From assembly GCA_963806295.1 (NCBI GenBank), contig CAWDXP010000026.1, positions 127,924-191,923 on the forward strand: DNA of 64,000 bases, given 5' to 3'. The first letter of the stretch is position 1, and the number at the start of each line of letters is the position of its first letter. Made by a program: the position numbers and the translations under genes. The DNA comes from an uncultured Actinomycetota bacterium (GTDB taxonomy: Bacteria > Actinomycetota > Actinomycetes > Actinomycetales > Dermatophilaceae). Below are positions 34,105 to 45,675 of the stretch, piece after piece. The notes under the pieces are model-generated. The model was given only the letters and a program-made list of their open reading frames with translations. It did not search any database and was not told the DNA's origin.

Positions 34105-34149
34105 GATCGCCGAGCCTACGGGAGTGCGGGTTGGGCCGAGGCCCGTTCG

Positions 34150-35809
34150 TCACTCCACGAGGCGGATCGGGTCACCCTCGACCGAGGCCTGCCACGACGT
34201 GGTGTCGGAGGGGGTCGACCCGCTGCCGTAGTAGAACTCGAGCCGCACCCAGCAGCCCGTCGGGGAGCCGTCGGTGCAGGTGTACGACACCGGGATCGGG
34301 ACGCTGATGGTCTGCCACTTGCCGTTGTAGATCGAGCTGACCGAGATCTTGCAGTCCGTGAGGTTGCCGTTCGTCACGCCCTTGGCCTTGCAGCCCGTGA
34401 AGGTGCCGCCGACCTCCGTGGGCGGCAGGACCGTGATGGTGCTTCCGCTGGTGGCACCGTCGCCGATGTCGAAGAGGTTGACGTTGAAGATCTGGCCGTT
34501 GGAGGACGACGGGATGCGGCGCGAGGAAGAACCTCGTCCTGGCCCCGCCGGGGGTGTTGGCGTACATCACCATCTTGCCGAACCCCGCGATGGAGATGTT
34601 GTCCTTGTCGACGCCGCTGGAGCCCGAGGCGCGCAGCCCGAACCGGTTGTGGCCCCCCGCCAGGTCAGACCCGAGGCCGTTGGTCTGCACCTGGATGGCG
34701 TATGTGCCCGGTTGCGTGGTCCCGGGGAACTCGCACAGCGTGACCCACCGGCGGAAGTTCAGTGCCACGTGTGGATTCGCGTTGTACTCCGCCGTGCCCT
34801 TCTTCAGCACCTTGGCGAGGTCGCCGTTGTAGGGCAGGAACTGCTGGGTGCACCGGTTGACGATCGGCCAGGTCGTGGGGTCCCACGGGTTGGTGCCGGG
34901 CTCCCGGATGATGAACTGGGTGCGGATCAGGCCCTTGTCGTTCGGGGCACTCGGAGGGTTGCTGAAGCTCTGGTCGCCCGTGCACCACACGCCGGCATTC
35001 GGCGCGTAGCGCACCGAGGGGTCGGAGACGAGGGTGTCGGCGGGTGCGAGGTTCTTGGCCCCGGCGAGGTTGTTCTTGTCGCAGACGTCACCGACGTAGA
35101 CCTGGGCCGGGTCGAAGGCCTCGATCTTCAGCTGGCTGACCGGCTGGCGCAGGGTGACGGTGAAGACGTGGCCGCGGGCGTCGTAGTCCATGTTCTTGGT
35201 GCCGCTGCAGCCGTCCTCGCCACTCGTGCAGTTGTTGTTCTGGAAGGCGTCGCCGCTCACCTTCCGGGCGCCGGGGCTGCCGACGTTGGCCCAGAACAGG
35301 CCGGTGTTGTCGCAGTTCTCGCTGGAGGTCGAGCCGGGGTCCGGGTCGTCACCGAACCGGTTGCACGGGCTGCCCAGGGGCACCGGGCCGGCGAAGTCGG
35401 CCACCGCGTAGCGGCTGATCGTCGTCTGGGGGCGGCCGAGCAGCGAGCCGAAGATGTTGTCGACGGTGCGGGTCACGTCGACCCGCAGCCGGGTCGGGCC
35501 ACCGCTGAGCGACGTCGTCACGGTCGTCTCACGGACTCCCTGCGTGAACCCGTTGTTCGACGAGTAGCTCTGGGCCATGCTGAACGCACCGGTCTGGTTG
35601 CCCGGCAGCTTCGTCACCCCGGCCAGCGCCGCGGCATCCGCCGCCCGCTGGGCGCGCTGCCCGGTGAGGTACCAGTTGCCGACGTCGACGGCGAACGCCG
35701 AGAAGCACATCAGGACGAGCAGGATCAGCCCCGTGGTCACGGCGATGTAGCCGCGCTCGTCGTGCCGCGCTCGGGGACCTGGACGTGGTGTCACGATGAC
35801 CCTCCTCAT
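34150..35809 (-). CDS. TadG-like pilus-associated protein with large Cys-rich extracellular domain (frameshift near 34520)
   Basis: 'DERGYIAV..FAVDVGNWY..AQRAADAAALAG' Tad N-terminal signature. Confidence 0.88.
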
Positions 35810-36354
35810 GGTCCGCAGCCGTTGGATGCCGGGATGGGCTCGAACCCCAGGACGTTCGCCTCGCGGATGGTCACCGTGGTGAACACCATCCGGGTCAGCG
35901 CGTCGTGTCGCAGCTGGAGGTAGACCCCGACCCGGTCGAGCGCTGCCGCGGCACAGGCGTGCTGGCTCGTCGCGCTCCAGCCGGAGTACGTCGGGGTGAA
36001 CTTCGTTCCGGTCCAGTGGAACTTGACGCACACCGTGCAGTCCGTGAAGGAGCTGAAGCCCTGCGGGAACTCGTCGGTCGGGTTCGCCTTGTAGACCCAG
36101 AGCTCCTCGATGTTGCCCTTGTGCATGGCGCCACCCGCGGTCTGCACGCGGTCGGCGGCGTCCTGCGCGAAGTTGGCGTTGCGCCCCTCGGCCGAGGCCA
36201 TCCGGACCCCCGCCTTCACGGCATCCGAGGCGGACAGGTTGTTCTGGAAGAACAGCGCGAACTCGATGATGCCGAGCACGAGCAGCACGAAGACGGGCGT
36301 GACGAGCACGGCCTCGACCGCCGCCGCGCCGCGCTCCCGCCTCCGTCCGGTCAT
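35806..36354 (-). CDS. tadE: TadE-like minor pilin
   Basis: 'RERG|AAAVEAVLVTPVFVLLVLGIIEF..AGVRMAS'. Confidence 0.9.
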   Translation of the reverse strand: MTGRRRERGAAAVEAVLVTPVFVLLVLGIIEFALFFQNNLSASDAVKAGVRMASAEGRNANFAQDAADRVQTAGGAMHKGNIEELWVYKANPTDEFPQGFSSFTDCTVCVKFHWTGTKFTPTYSGWSATSQHACAAAALDRVGVYLQLRHDALTRMVFTTVTIREANVLGFEPIPASNGCGP

Positions 36355-36977
36355 GGCGACGAACACACCAGCGCCGTGGAGAGCTGCTCGAGCCGCATCG
36401 TCGTCGTCTCCTGGACGAGCTTGCCGTCGCCGAACATGATGGGGGCGTGGTGCCGGTACTGCACGCGCACGCCGACGGCGTCGACCTGGTCGACGCCCCC
36501 CACCGGGTCGAAGGCACACGCCTTGCGCCCCGTCCAGCTGCCCGCACCGGCGCTCACGACGGGGTGCCCGTCGTCATCGGCCGACACGGTGAACTTCACG
36601 CACTGCGACGAGCAGGTGCTGCCCGACGCGGGCTCCCCCGTGGGCGAGTTCGGGTTGGCCTTGTAGACCCAGAGCTTGGTCACCTGGCTGTAGTCCATGC
36701 CGTCCATCGACGTCGCGACCTGCACGGCCGCGTCGTGGGCGAACGTCGGGGCCAGGGGCTCCTGGGCTGCCAGCCGTGCCCCGGCGCGCGACGCCGAGCT
36801 GACCTCGTACGTCGTGCGGTACATGAACGACACGTCGACCACGCCCGCCAGGATGGTGAAGAGCATCGTCGAGACGAGGGCGGTCTCGACCGCGACCACT
36901 CCGCGCTCCGCACGGGGAGCCTCGGCCGCGGTGGACAGGGATCGACCGTGGAAGCGGGGGGCTGATCGCTTCAGCAC
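36351..36977 (-). CDS. tadE: TadE-like minor pilin
   Basis: 'ERG|VVAVETALV..GVVDVS..SRAGARLAA'. Shares 'LWVYKANP..CVKF' with its neighbour. GGAGG RBS. Confidence 0.88.
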   Translation of the reverse strand: MLKRSAPRFHGRSLSTAAEAPRAERGVVAVETALVSTMLFTILAGVVDVSFMYRTTYEVSSASRAGARLAAQEPLAPTFAHDAAVQVATSMDGMDYSQVTKLWVYKANPNSPTGEPASGSTCSSQCVKFTVSADDDGHPVVSAGAGSWTGRKACAFDPVGGVDQVDAVGVRVQYRHHAPIMFGDGKLVQETTTMRLEQLSTALVCSSP

Positions 36978-37152
36978 GGGACCTCCGGGGTCCTCGACGT
37001 CCTGCACACCGATCACTACCTACGATACGGCGGCGGCAGGCACCGGCTGCCGGTGCCGGGACGGCTCTGGCCGAAGGGATGGGCGGGACTGGCCGAACGG
37101 CTGAGGGGGGCGGTCCTCCCCGCCGGTCAGCTCCCCCGGGACGGGGCCGGGC

Positions 37153-37528
37153 TCAGCCCTCGGCGCTGCCCCGCAGCACGCGCAGGTGGCCGCGACGGAC
37201 CTCGCCGGGCACCACCGCCGGGCAGCGCCTCGACGGGGTCGGGGGCTGGGGTGCGTGGCCGGCCGGCCTCGCGCACCGCGTCGGCGAGGGCCAGCAGGTC
37301 GTCGGTGCTCGGCTGCGGCTCGGGGTAGTCGGTCGCGAGGCGGACGACCTCCCAGCCGCGGGGGGCCGTCATCCGGTTGGCGTGCTCGGCGCACAGGTCG
37401 TAGGTGTGCGGCTCGGCGTAGGTCGCCAGCGGCCCCAGCACGGCAGCCCGGTCGGAGTAGACGTAGGTCAACGTGGCGACCGCGGGGCCACGGCACGCCG
37501 TCTTGGAGCACCGACGGGACAGGTTCAC
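37153..37528 (-). CDS. DUF3499 family protein (frameshift near the 3' end)
   Basis: 'RRCSKTAC..AVATLTYVYSD..EPHTYDLCAEHA..APRGWEV..DDLLALADAVRE'. The shifted frame gives the typical 'GHLRVLR' tail. Confidence 0.9.
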
Positions 37529-37579
37529 TCCAGCAACTCTAGGTGGCGCTGCCGACGGCCCGGGGAGGCACGCCGTAGC

Positions 37580-38008
37580 ATGCGCCTCGTGACAGGTCCG
37601 CGCCGCCGTGAGCGCCACGGCCGGGGGGTCCGAGGCCCCCTGGCGTGGCCGCCCGTGCCGGCGATGCAGACCCGCCGGGCCCGGTTCGACACGCTGGTGC
37701 TCGATGCCGCCGACCGGCTGCGACCGCACCTCGGCACGCGCTACGCCGACCTCGAGTTCGCGGTCGAGGACGTGCCCGCGCAGGACCCCGCCCCCTGGGA
37801 GGAGCAGACCGCCGCGTTGGGCCGGCTGCTGCGGGGCACGAGCACCCGCCCGAACCGGGTGGTCGTCTACCGCCGCCCGGTGGAGGCGCGGGCGCAGGAC
37901 GAGCTCGACCTCGCCGACATCGTGCGCGAGGTGGTCACCGAGCAGGTGGCGGCGCTGCTCGGCGTGCCCCCGCAGGAGCTCGACCCCGGCCTGGACCCCG
38001 ACGCCTGA
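37580..38008 (+). CDS. Zincin-like metallopeptidase family protein
   Basis: 'RERHGRGVRGPL', 'RFDTLVLDA', 'EFAVEDVP', 'VVYRRPVEARA', 'EQVAALLG'. Confidence 0.88.
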   Translation: MRLVTGPRRRERHGRGVRGPLAWPPVPAMQTRRARFDTLVLDAADRLRPHLGTRYADLEFAVEDVPAQDPAPWEEQTAALGRLLRGTSTRPNRVVVYRRPVEARAQDELDLADIVREVVTEQVAALLGVPPQELDPGLDPDA

Positions 38009-38037
38009 CGCGAGCGGGCGACCCGAGGAAGGTGTGG

Positions 38038-39569
38038 TCAGGGCAGCGGGAAGGCCCGGCTGACCTCGGAGGTCACCGCGCTCTCAAGGAGCGGCATCGA
38101 CGAGAGCATCCGGGCCGCGCCCGTGCCGCTCGAGGAGACCACCGTGCCGCGCAGCTCGCCGCTGCCGGTGACGCGGCGGACCCACACCGATGCCGCGTCG
38201 TCGAGCGGGACGCTCGCCACCCGGTCGCCGAGCAGGTCGAGCGTGCCGGCTGCGTGGCGTGCCGTCGATGACCGTGATCACCTCGGCGGTGCTGTTGCCC
38301 CCGGTGCTGACGAGCTGGAGGGTGCGCTCGATGCCGGGCACCGGCGGGAAGGCCGCACCGCCCACCGAGTCGATGCCGAGGGCCGCCGGGGACCAGGCGA
38401 TCTCGCCCGGGGCCGCCCCCTTCCCGACCCGGCTGAACGCCGAGGCGACGACCGGCACGTCGGACCGCAGCGCGAGGGCGTAGGTGCCCGGCGCGAGCCC
38501 GGTGAGGGGCAGCTCGGCGACCGACCCGCCGGGCACGCTGAGCACGCTCTCGCCGGTCCACGGCACCAGGCCGGCGCGGTTGAGCACGCTGACCCGCACG
38601 ACGGCATCCTGGTCGCCCGGCACCGCCACCCGCGCCGAGGTGCTGCCGGTGGGGTCGACGACCACGCCGGGCACGACCTGCACACCGGACGGGGTGGCCG
38701 CCGGCACCGTCGTGTCGGCGCCCAGCGGGGTGCTGCCGTCGACCCAGGTGTCGGTGAGCGTGGCCTGCACGCCGCCGCCGTCGGAGCGCACGTGCACGAC
38801 GGGGTGCTCCTCCTGGCCGTAGCGCGCGTCGAGCAGCACGCTGACCCGGCCACCCGACGGGACGGTCTCGACGACCGGGTCGCCGAGCTGGCCGGCGGCG
38901 CCGTGCACCACGACGTCGGTGGTGACCGGGTTGGCGCCCGGGTTGGTGAGGATCAGCCGCTCCTGGCGCCCGGGGCCGGCGCCTCCGGCGACCAGCCAGA
39001 GGTCGGAACCCCCGGCGGCACAGGGTGTGGTGACCAGCCCGCGCAGCCCCGGGGTGTCGGTGCGCCACTCCTGGCTGCCCGCCGCGGCAGGCGCCATCGA
39101 CCCCTCGCCCGTGAGCAGGATGGGGTCGACCTCGCCCGCCGTCGTGGGCGCCCGGCCCGGGACCACGGCCGAGACACTGCCGGGGCGCTGGGTGAGCGAG
39201 AGCACCTCGGTCGCACCGGAGGTGGCGACGAGCCGCCCCGCGCCACTGGCGGGCACCGGCAGGAGCTCGGCCGGCCCGGCCGCCGCGGTCATCGACGAGG
39301 TGACGGGCACGTCGGGGATGCCGGGGATGCCGGCGAGCTCGGGCCCGGGACAGACCTGCGCCACCCGGGTCGCGAGCGAGGTGCCGACGAGCGGCGCCTG
39401 CTGCTGCCCGGTGGCCGCGACGAGGTCGATGTCGACGGGGCGGTCGGTGGCGACGTACACCAGGGCCACGCCGGCCCCCGCCACCAGGACCACCCGCGCG
39501 ACTCCCGGCGAGGTTGACCCGCCGGGCCGTGCGTCGTGCGCCGTCGGCCACCCCGCCGAGCCGGCTCAT
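38038..39569 (-). CDS. DUF5719 family secreted/membrane-anchored protein (frameshifted)
   Basis: N-terminal TM, 'VCPGP', 'GLVTTPC..WLVAGG..LILTNPG'. Conserved position downstream of whiB-GT2. Confidence 0.8.
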
Positions 39570-42500
39570 GAAGGCCCCACCCGGGACTCGCGCCGGCCGA
39601 AGGGCACGGCGAGGAAGGCCAGGGCGAGCACGGCCAGGGTCTGGCCGACGTGCCACCAGCGGGCCGGGTCGGTGACGTCGACGGTGAGCCGTCCGGTGCC
39701 GGCCGGGAGCGCGTAGGTGGGGGTGGCCGTGCCGGCCACGGGCTGCACGGTCACGCCGTCGACGGTGACCACGGCGTGCTCGGCCCAGCCGAGCGGCTCG
39801 GCCACGACGAGCCGGCTGCCCGGCGGCACGTCGACGGTGGTGCGGGTGGCGGCGCTCTGGCCGGTGGTGCTCACCAGCCGGGTGCCCTCGGGGGTCTCGA
39901 GCCGCAGCCGGGGTGGCGCGACGAGGTCGACCCCGGTGCCGGTCGGGCTGACCCGCCACATGTCCCAGCCGTCACGGGGCGCGATGGGCTGCAGGCCGTC
40001 GGTGGCGTCGAGCCGCCGGGCCACCTCGGGCACCAGCCCCGAGCGCACGGCGAGCAGGTCGGTGGCGGTGTCGGCGAAGAGCGTCGGCCCGGTGGAGGCG
40101 TCGCCCAGGGCCGCGCTGACCCGGTCGGCCAGGGAGCCGTCGGCCCGGTCGACGCTCGGCAGCGGCCGCACCACGTCGGACGCCTCGCGCCCGACGAACC
40201 GGTAACCGGCGCCCCGGGTGCCCGGGACGACGAACAGCGCCCGGGTGGCGAAGGCGCCCTCGGCCTGGTCGACCGACACGGCCGGCCGGGGGTCCTGCCA
40301 CGGGGCGAGCTCGGTGCCCAGCGTCGCCCAGGCGACCCCGCCGGCGGAGACGGCGACGGCCGCGGCGCCCACCACGGCACCGGTGCGCCGGGCCACGGCC
40401 GGCCACCGCCCCGCGGACGCGGGCCGCGGCAGCGGCACACCGTCGAGCCCGCGGGCGAGCGCCAGCACCAGCACCAGGGCGAGCGGGAGGAGCAGGGTGC
40501 CCGACCACAGCGTGATCGGCTCCCCCGCGCCGGCGACCCCGGCGGGCACCGTGCCCAGGCGGATGCCGGGGGCGACCAGGGCGAGCGCGAGCAGCACCGG
40601 CGCCAGCACGGCCAGCACGGTCGTGGCGCTGCCCCAGCGGCCGCGCAGCAGCGCGATCACGGCGAGCGCGACGAGCGGGGCGGCGGTCCACACCAGCGGC
40701 GCTCCCGCGCCGCCGGGGTTGAGCAGGGCCAGCTGCCACGGCTCGGGCGTCGGGCCACCCCACTGGGCCAGCCCGACGCCGGCGACGAGCACCGGCCAGG
40801 ACGCCTCGGACTGGCGCACCAGCCAGGGGGCGAGCACCGCGACGGGCACGACCACGACGACCAGGGCGTGGCGGCGCACGCCCGAGCGGACCAGCGCCAG
40901 CACCAGGGCCAGCGGCGGTGACCAGCGCCAGCAGCACCGGGGCGAACGCGCCGAGCACCACGGCGGCGAGCGCCGTGGCGAACGCACTGGTGGCGGTGGA
41001 GCGGCGCACCGCCAGCAGCCACAGGCCGCAGGCGAGGGGCGGCAGCAGGATGAGGGCGACGATGGCTCCGAGCCGGCCCTGGGCCACCGAGGTGGCGGCC
41101 ACGCCGGTGGTCGCCCACCCGAACGCCGCCAGCCCGCGCACCCAGCGGGTGGCGACCACGGGCCGCAGGGCGAGGTAGGCACTGACGGCCGCGAGCGGCA
41201 TCCCGATGATGACGAGGATGGCGACGACCAGCCCGGCGGCCGACCCGGGGTCCGGCAGGAGCGGGACGTGGTCGACCAGCCAGGTGGGCAGTGCCAGCAG
41301 CGGGGCCCAGGGCCCGACCGGGTCGGGGCCGCCCAGGCCCGGGCCGGTCCACCCGTCGGTCCAGGCGTGCCAGAGCACGGTGGCGTCGGCCCGGTTGCCC
41401 ATCAGCTCGCCGCCGGCCAGCCCGGAGCCGGCGCCGGTGACCAGGCCGACCCCGAGGGAGCGGCCGGCGACGGCGGAGACGAGCAGGGCCCCGGCGGTGG
41501 CGAGCACCCCGGGGTGGCGCAGCACGGCGAGCATCCACGAGCGCGGGTTGAGGTCGTTGGCCTCGTCGCCGATCGGCGGGGCCGGCGACACGAGGGCGTC
41601 GTGCACCGCGTCGCCCCACCCGGTGAGCACGGCCCGGCGGGGCTCGAACAGGGCGCGCAGGTCGCGGCGGCTCACCTCGCGGCGATGTCGCGTGCGCCAG
41701 CGAGCGGCAGCGCCGCGGAACGGGTCGAGGGAGGCCAGTGACGACAGCTCGGACCCGGCGGCGCGCGGGCGCTTGAGCAGCAGCAGGCCCAGCGCCGCGA
41801 CCACGGAGGTGACCGCGATCCAGGCCGCGAGGAAGGGCGAGGCCCACCACGGTGAGCGGGCCAGGGCCACCCGGCGGGCGGACCGGCGGCGCGCGGCCGA
41901 GCTCGCGCCGGCGGGGGCGACCCCCGGTTCGGTGAGCATCCGGGCCGTGGGGACGACCACGACGCGGCGGCCGGCGTTGTGGGCGCGCCACCCGAGGTCG
42001 AGGTCGGCGCCGACGTCGCCGAACGACGCCTCCCAGCCGCGCAGGGTGACGAGCAGGTCGCGCTCGACGAGGGAGCCGGCGAACGGGACGCCCAGGGCGT
42101 CGGTGGAGCGGTCGTACTGGCCCTGGTCGGGCTCGCCGGGCCGGGGACGGGACAGCAGCCGGCCGCCCCGGGTGGTGCGGATGGCCAGCGCCCGCAGCCG
42201 TTGCGGGTCGGCGGCATCGAGGTGCTTGGGGCCGACCACCCCGGCCGAGGGCGAGCGCCGCCAGGTGTCGACGAGCGCCACCAGGGCGCCGGGCTCGGGG
42301 GTGGTGCCGACGGGGAGCAGCCAGGCCAGGGTGGTCGGCGGCGCGTCGACCTCGGGGTCGAGCAGGGCGCGGTGGGCGGCGGTGCGGGCCGGGGTGCGGG
42401 GGTCGACCGGCAGCACGGTGACGGGCACCGCGTGGGTGCGCCGAGCCGTGTCGACGACGCCGGCCACGGTGACCGCACTGTGGTCGATGGTCACGTGGTC

Positions 42501-42755
42501 GAGCGTGACGTGGTCGCCGGTGTCGGGGTGCTCCTGCGTCGCCTCGTCGCCGCTGTCGTCGGCCGGCATGGCGGCGCCGTCGCTGCGGTCGAGCACGAGC
42601 ACGGCATCCGGGGGCAGGCTCTGGTCGAGCACGGCGTCGAGCAGGGCCGCGAGGCCGCGGGCGTCGCGGCGGGTGATGACGACGGCGGTCACGCTCGGCT
42701 CCACCCCGTCCGAGGGGGACGGGGTGGACGTGGGGCGGGCGGGAGCCAGAGTCAT
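39566..42755 (-). CDS. GT2-like domain + multi-TM protein (frameshift near 40915)
   Basis: 'VTAVVIT', 'VVGPK', 'GEPDQGQYD', 'DLDLGWRAHNAGRRVVVVPTA', followed by many TM helices. Confidence 0.85.
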
Positions 42756-42789
42756 CCGTGGGGCGGCGGGGCGGGGCGGGGGCCCCGGG

Positions 42790-43065
42790 TCAGACCGCGC
42801 GCTTCTTCAGCTTGCGCCGCTCGCGCTCGGACAGGCCACCCCAGATGCCGAAGCGCTCGTCGTTGGCGAGGGCGTACTCGAGGCACTCGGAGCGGACCTC
42901 GCACCCGACGCAGACCTTCTTGGCCTCGCGGGTGGAGCCGCCCTTCTCGGGGAAGAACGCCTCGGGGTCGGTCTGCGCGCACAGCGACCGCTCCTGCCAG
43001 GAGAGAGCACCGTCCTCAGGCTCACCCTCGTCGAGCATCCCGTCGATCACATAGAGCTCGTGCAT
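42790..43065 (-). CDS. whiB: WhiB (WhiB2/WhmD-type) Fe-S transcriptional regulator
   Basis: 'WQERSLCAQTDPEAFFPEKGGSTREAKKVC..C.VRSECLEYALANDERFGIWGGLSERERR'. Confidence 0.98.
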   Translation of the reverse strand: MHELYVIDGMLDEGEPEDGALSWQERSLCAQTDPEAFFPEKGGSTREAKKVCVGCEVRSECLEYALANDERFGIWGGLSERERRKLKKRAV

Positions 43066-43126
43066 GCTTCCCTCCTCGACCCTTCGACCCGTGTGCTCCG
43101 ACTGGCATTTTCGGAGTACATGGTTG

Positions 43127-43158
43127 GAATTACACGCGTGTCATGCACCTCACGTCAA
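43127..43158 (-). promoter_or_regulatory. Putative whiB promoter with WhiA-type GACAC motif
   Basis: Minus strand TTGACG-N18-TGTAAT with GACAC in the spacer (43138-43142). Confidence 0.65.
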
Positions 43159-43251
43159 GCCGGTTGGTGTTATTGGTGTGCTTTTTCCCGGCTCCCCCGG
43201 CGTTTCGGGCGGACTCGCCGCGCCGCGAACGCGCCTGACAGACTCTCGCAC

Positions 43252-44230
43252 ATGCACATCACGGCCCTTGCGGGCGGCGTCGGCGGAGCCCGCTTCGTCC
43301 GCGGCCTGCGCCACCACCTCGACACCACCCCCGGCCTCGCGGACTCGACGGTCACCGTCATCGCGAACACCGGCGACGACATCACCCTGTTCGGCCTGCG
43401 GGTCTGCCCCGACCTCGACACGCTGCTCTACACCCTCGGCGACGGCGTGCACGAGGGCCAGGGCTGGGGCCGGGCCGACGAGAGCCACCGGGTGCAGGCC
43501 GAGCTCGCCGCCTACGGCGCTGTGCCGCAGTGGTTCGCGCTCGGCGACCTCGACTTCGGCACCCACATCGTGCGGTCGCAGTGGCTCGGGCAGGGCGCCT
43601 CGCTCAGCGACGTGACCGCCCGGCTCGCCGCGCGCTGGGGCCTGCCGGAGCGCCGCATCCAGCTGGTGCCGATGACCGACGTGCCGGTCGAGACCCACGT
43701 GGTCGTCGACGACGGCGATGGCGGCGAGCGCGCGATCCACTTCCAGGAGTGGTGGGTTCGACACCAGGCCGCCGTGCCCGCGCGACGCTTCGTCGTCGCC
43801 GGGCTCGACCGCGCCACGGCCGCACCGGGGGTGCTCGACGCCATCCGGAAGGCCGACGTCGTGCTCCTGCCGCCCAGCAACCCGGTGGTGTCGATCGGCA
43901 TCATCCTCGGCGATACCGGGGGTGCGAGACGCCCTGCGCGGCACCGCTGCTCCCGTGGTGGGCGTCTCGCCGCTGATCTCCGGCCGGCCGGTGCGGGGCC
44001 ACGCCGACGCGTGCCTCGAGGCCATCGGCGTCGAGGCCAGCGCGCAGGCCGTGGGTGGCCTCTACGAGGACTTCCTCGACGGGTGGCTGGTCGACCCCGC
44101 CGACGCCGGCACCACGCTGCGTCGGGCCCGGGTCGAGGTGTTCGACGGGCCGCTGCTGATGACCGACGTGGCGGCAACCGCCAGCATCGCCGAGCACGCG
44201 CTGCGCCTCGCCGCCGCGGTGCCCGCGTGA
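43252..44230 (+). CDS. cofD: 2-phospho-L-lactate transferase CofD/FbiA (frameshift near 43912)
   Basis: 'LAGGVGGARF', 'NTGDD..GLRVCPDLDT', 'WFALGDLD', 'HFQEWWVR', 'PSNPVVSI'. Confidence 0.96.
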
Positions 44231-45315
44231 CCGAGGCGCCGATGCCGTCGCCCGCGACGGTCGCCGGTCTGCAGGTCGTGCCGGTGCTCGGCGTCGGCGA
44301 GGTGCTGCCGGGCGCCCGGCTGGCCGACCTGCTGGTCGACGCGCTCACGGCATCCGGCGTGGGGGTGCGGCCCGGCGACTGCCTCGTGGTGTCGAGCAAG
44401 GTCGTCTCGAAGGCGCTGGGCCTGACGTGGGACGGCACCCGGGAGGATGCCGTCGCCGCCGGCACCGTGCGCGTCGTCGCCGAGCGCCGTGCTGCCGAGG
44501 GCGTCACCCGCGTCGTGGAGTCGGTGGCCGGGCCGGTGATGGCCGCGGCCGGGGTCGACGCCTCCAACACGGGCCCGTCGGGGCGGGTGCTCGTGCTGCC
44601 CGACGACCCCGACGCCGAGGCAGCGCAGCTGCGCACGGCGCTGCTCGACCGGCTCGGGCTGCCCTCTGCCACACCGCTGGCCGTGGTGCTGAGCGACACC
44701 GCGGGCCGGCCCTGGCGCGACGGTCTCACCGACTTCGCCCTGGGCAGTGCGGGCCTGGCCGTGCTCGAGGACCTGCGCGGCGCCACCGACCACGACGGCC
44801 GCCCGTTGGCCGTGACGATGCGGGCCCTGGCCGACGAGGTGGCTGCGGCGGCCGACCTCGTCAAGGGCAAGGCGGACGGCATCCCGGCGGCGCTGGTGCG
44901 CGGTCTGGATGCCGCGTGGTTCTCCACCGACTCCCCCGGCGCCCGCGCCCTCGTGCGGGTGGGCCCCGGCGACTGGTTCGCCCTCGGCCACGTCGAGGCG
45001 CTGCGGGCGGCCCTCGGCGTGCACCCCGGCAGCGCGCTGTCGCGCGAGGTCGGCATCCGGTCGGTGCAGCCCGGCGAGCCGCTGGGGGCGCGGGTGGGCC
45101 GGGTGGTGGCGCTCGCGCTGCTCGACGTGCCCGAGGGGTCGGCCGACGTCGGGGTCGACGAGGCGAACGGCACCGCCGAGGTGACCCTGGGGGCACCCGA
45201 CGGTTACGACCTCGGGCGGCTGGTGGTGCGCGCGGAGGTGGCCGCGGCGTCGGAGGGGCTGGGCGCGCGGCAGGTGCGACGCTCGGGCACGGCGGTCACG
45301 CTGACCTTCGGCTGA
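44227..45315 (+). CDS. cofE: Coenzyme F420-0:L-glutamate ligase CofE/FbiB
   Basis: 'VVSSKVVSKA', 'AAAGVDASN', 'LSDTAGRPWRDG', 'ADEVAAAADLVKGK'. Confidence 0.93.
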   Translation: MTEAPMPSPATVAGLQVVPVLGVGEVLPGARLADLLVDALTASGVGVRPGDCLVVSSKVVSKALGLTWDGTREDAVAAGTVRVVAERRAAEGVTRVVESVAGPVMAAAGVDASNTGPSGRVLVLPDDPDAEAAQLRTALLDRLGLPSATPLAVVLSDTAGRPWRDGLTDFALGSAGLAVLEDLRGATDHDGRPLAVTMRALADEVAAAADLVKGKADGIPAALVRGLDAAWFSTDSPGARALVRVGPGDWFALGHVEALRAALGVHPGSALSREVGIRSVQPGEPLGARVGRVVALALLDVPEGSADVGVDEANGTAEVTLGAPDGYDLGRLVVRAEVAAASEGLGARQVRRSGTAVTLTFG

Positions 45316-45384
45316 GGGGCCGCCCGTTGGCAGGGAACGGACGACCCCCCGTCGCCGGAAGGTTCAGTGCCGGGCGCCGAGGCG

Positions 45385-45594
45385 TCAGTGGCGGGACTTC
45401 TCGGTGGCCGGGGCGAGCTTGCGTCGGACGTCCTCGGCGATGATGCCCAGGACCGCGGCGAAACCCACCCAGCGTGCTGCTGCGGGGATGGGAGCGGTGC
45501 CCAGGAAGAGCAGCGCGCCGAGCAGCGCCGTCATCAGCCACACCAGGGCCCAGAAGGTCCAGCGGAGGCCGTGCCGGAGCGTGTCGAACGTCAT
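45385..45594 (-). CDS. Small 2-TM hypothetical membrane protein (69 aa)
   Basis: Two hydrophobic helices. Fills the gap between cofE and the alkA-like gene. Confidence 0.6.
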   Translation of the reverse strand: MTFDTLRHGLRWTFWALVWLMTALLGALLFLGTAPIPAAARWVGFAAVLGIIAEDVRRKLAPATEKSRH

Positions 45595-45675
45595 GGAGAT
45601 GATTGTGCCATCAATTACCGGCCGAACGGACGATGCGTCCAGCGCCGGCGACCCGCTACGCGGGCGGTGCGTCGG

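Noticed and set aside
37580-38008. Zincin-like protein lacking HExxH as a novelty
   Set aside because: The 'EQVA' variant is usual for this conserved actinobacterial subfamily.
41206-45315. Apparent cofD-cofE fusion
   Set aside because: Artefact of the frameshift near 43912. cofD ends at 44230 overlapping the cofE GTG.
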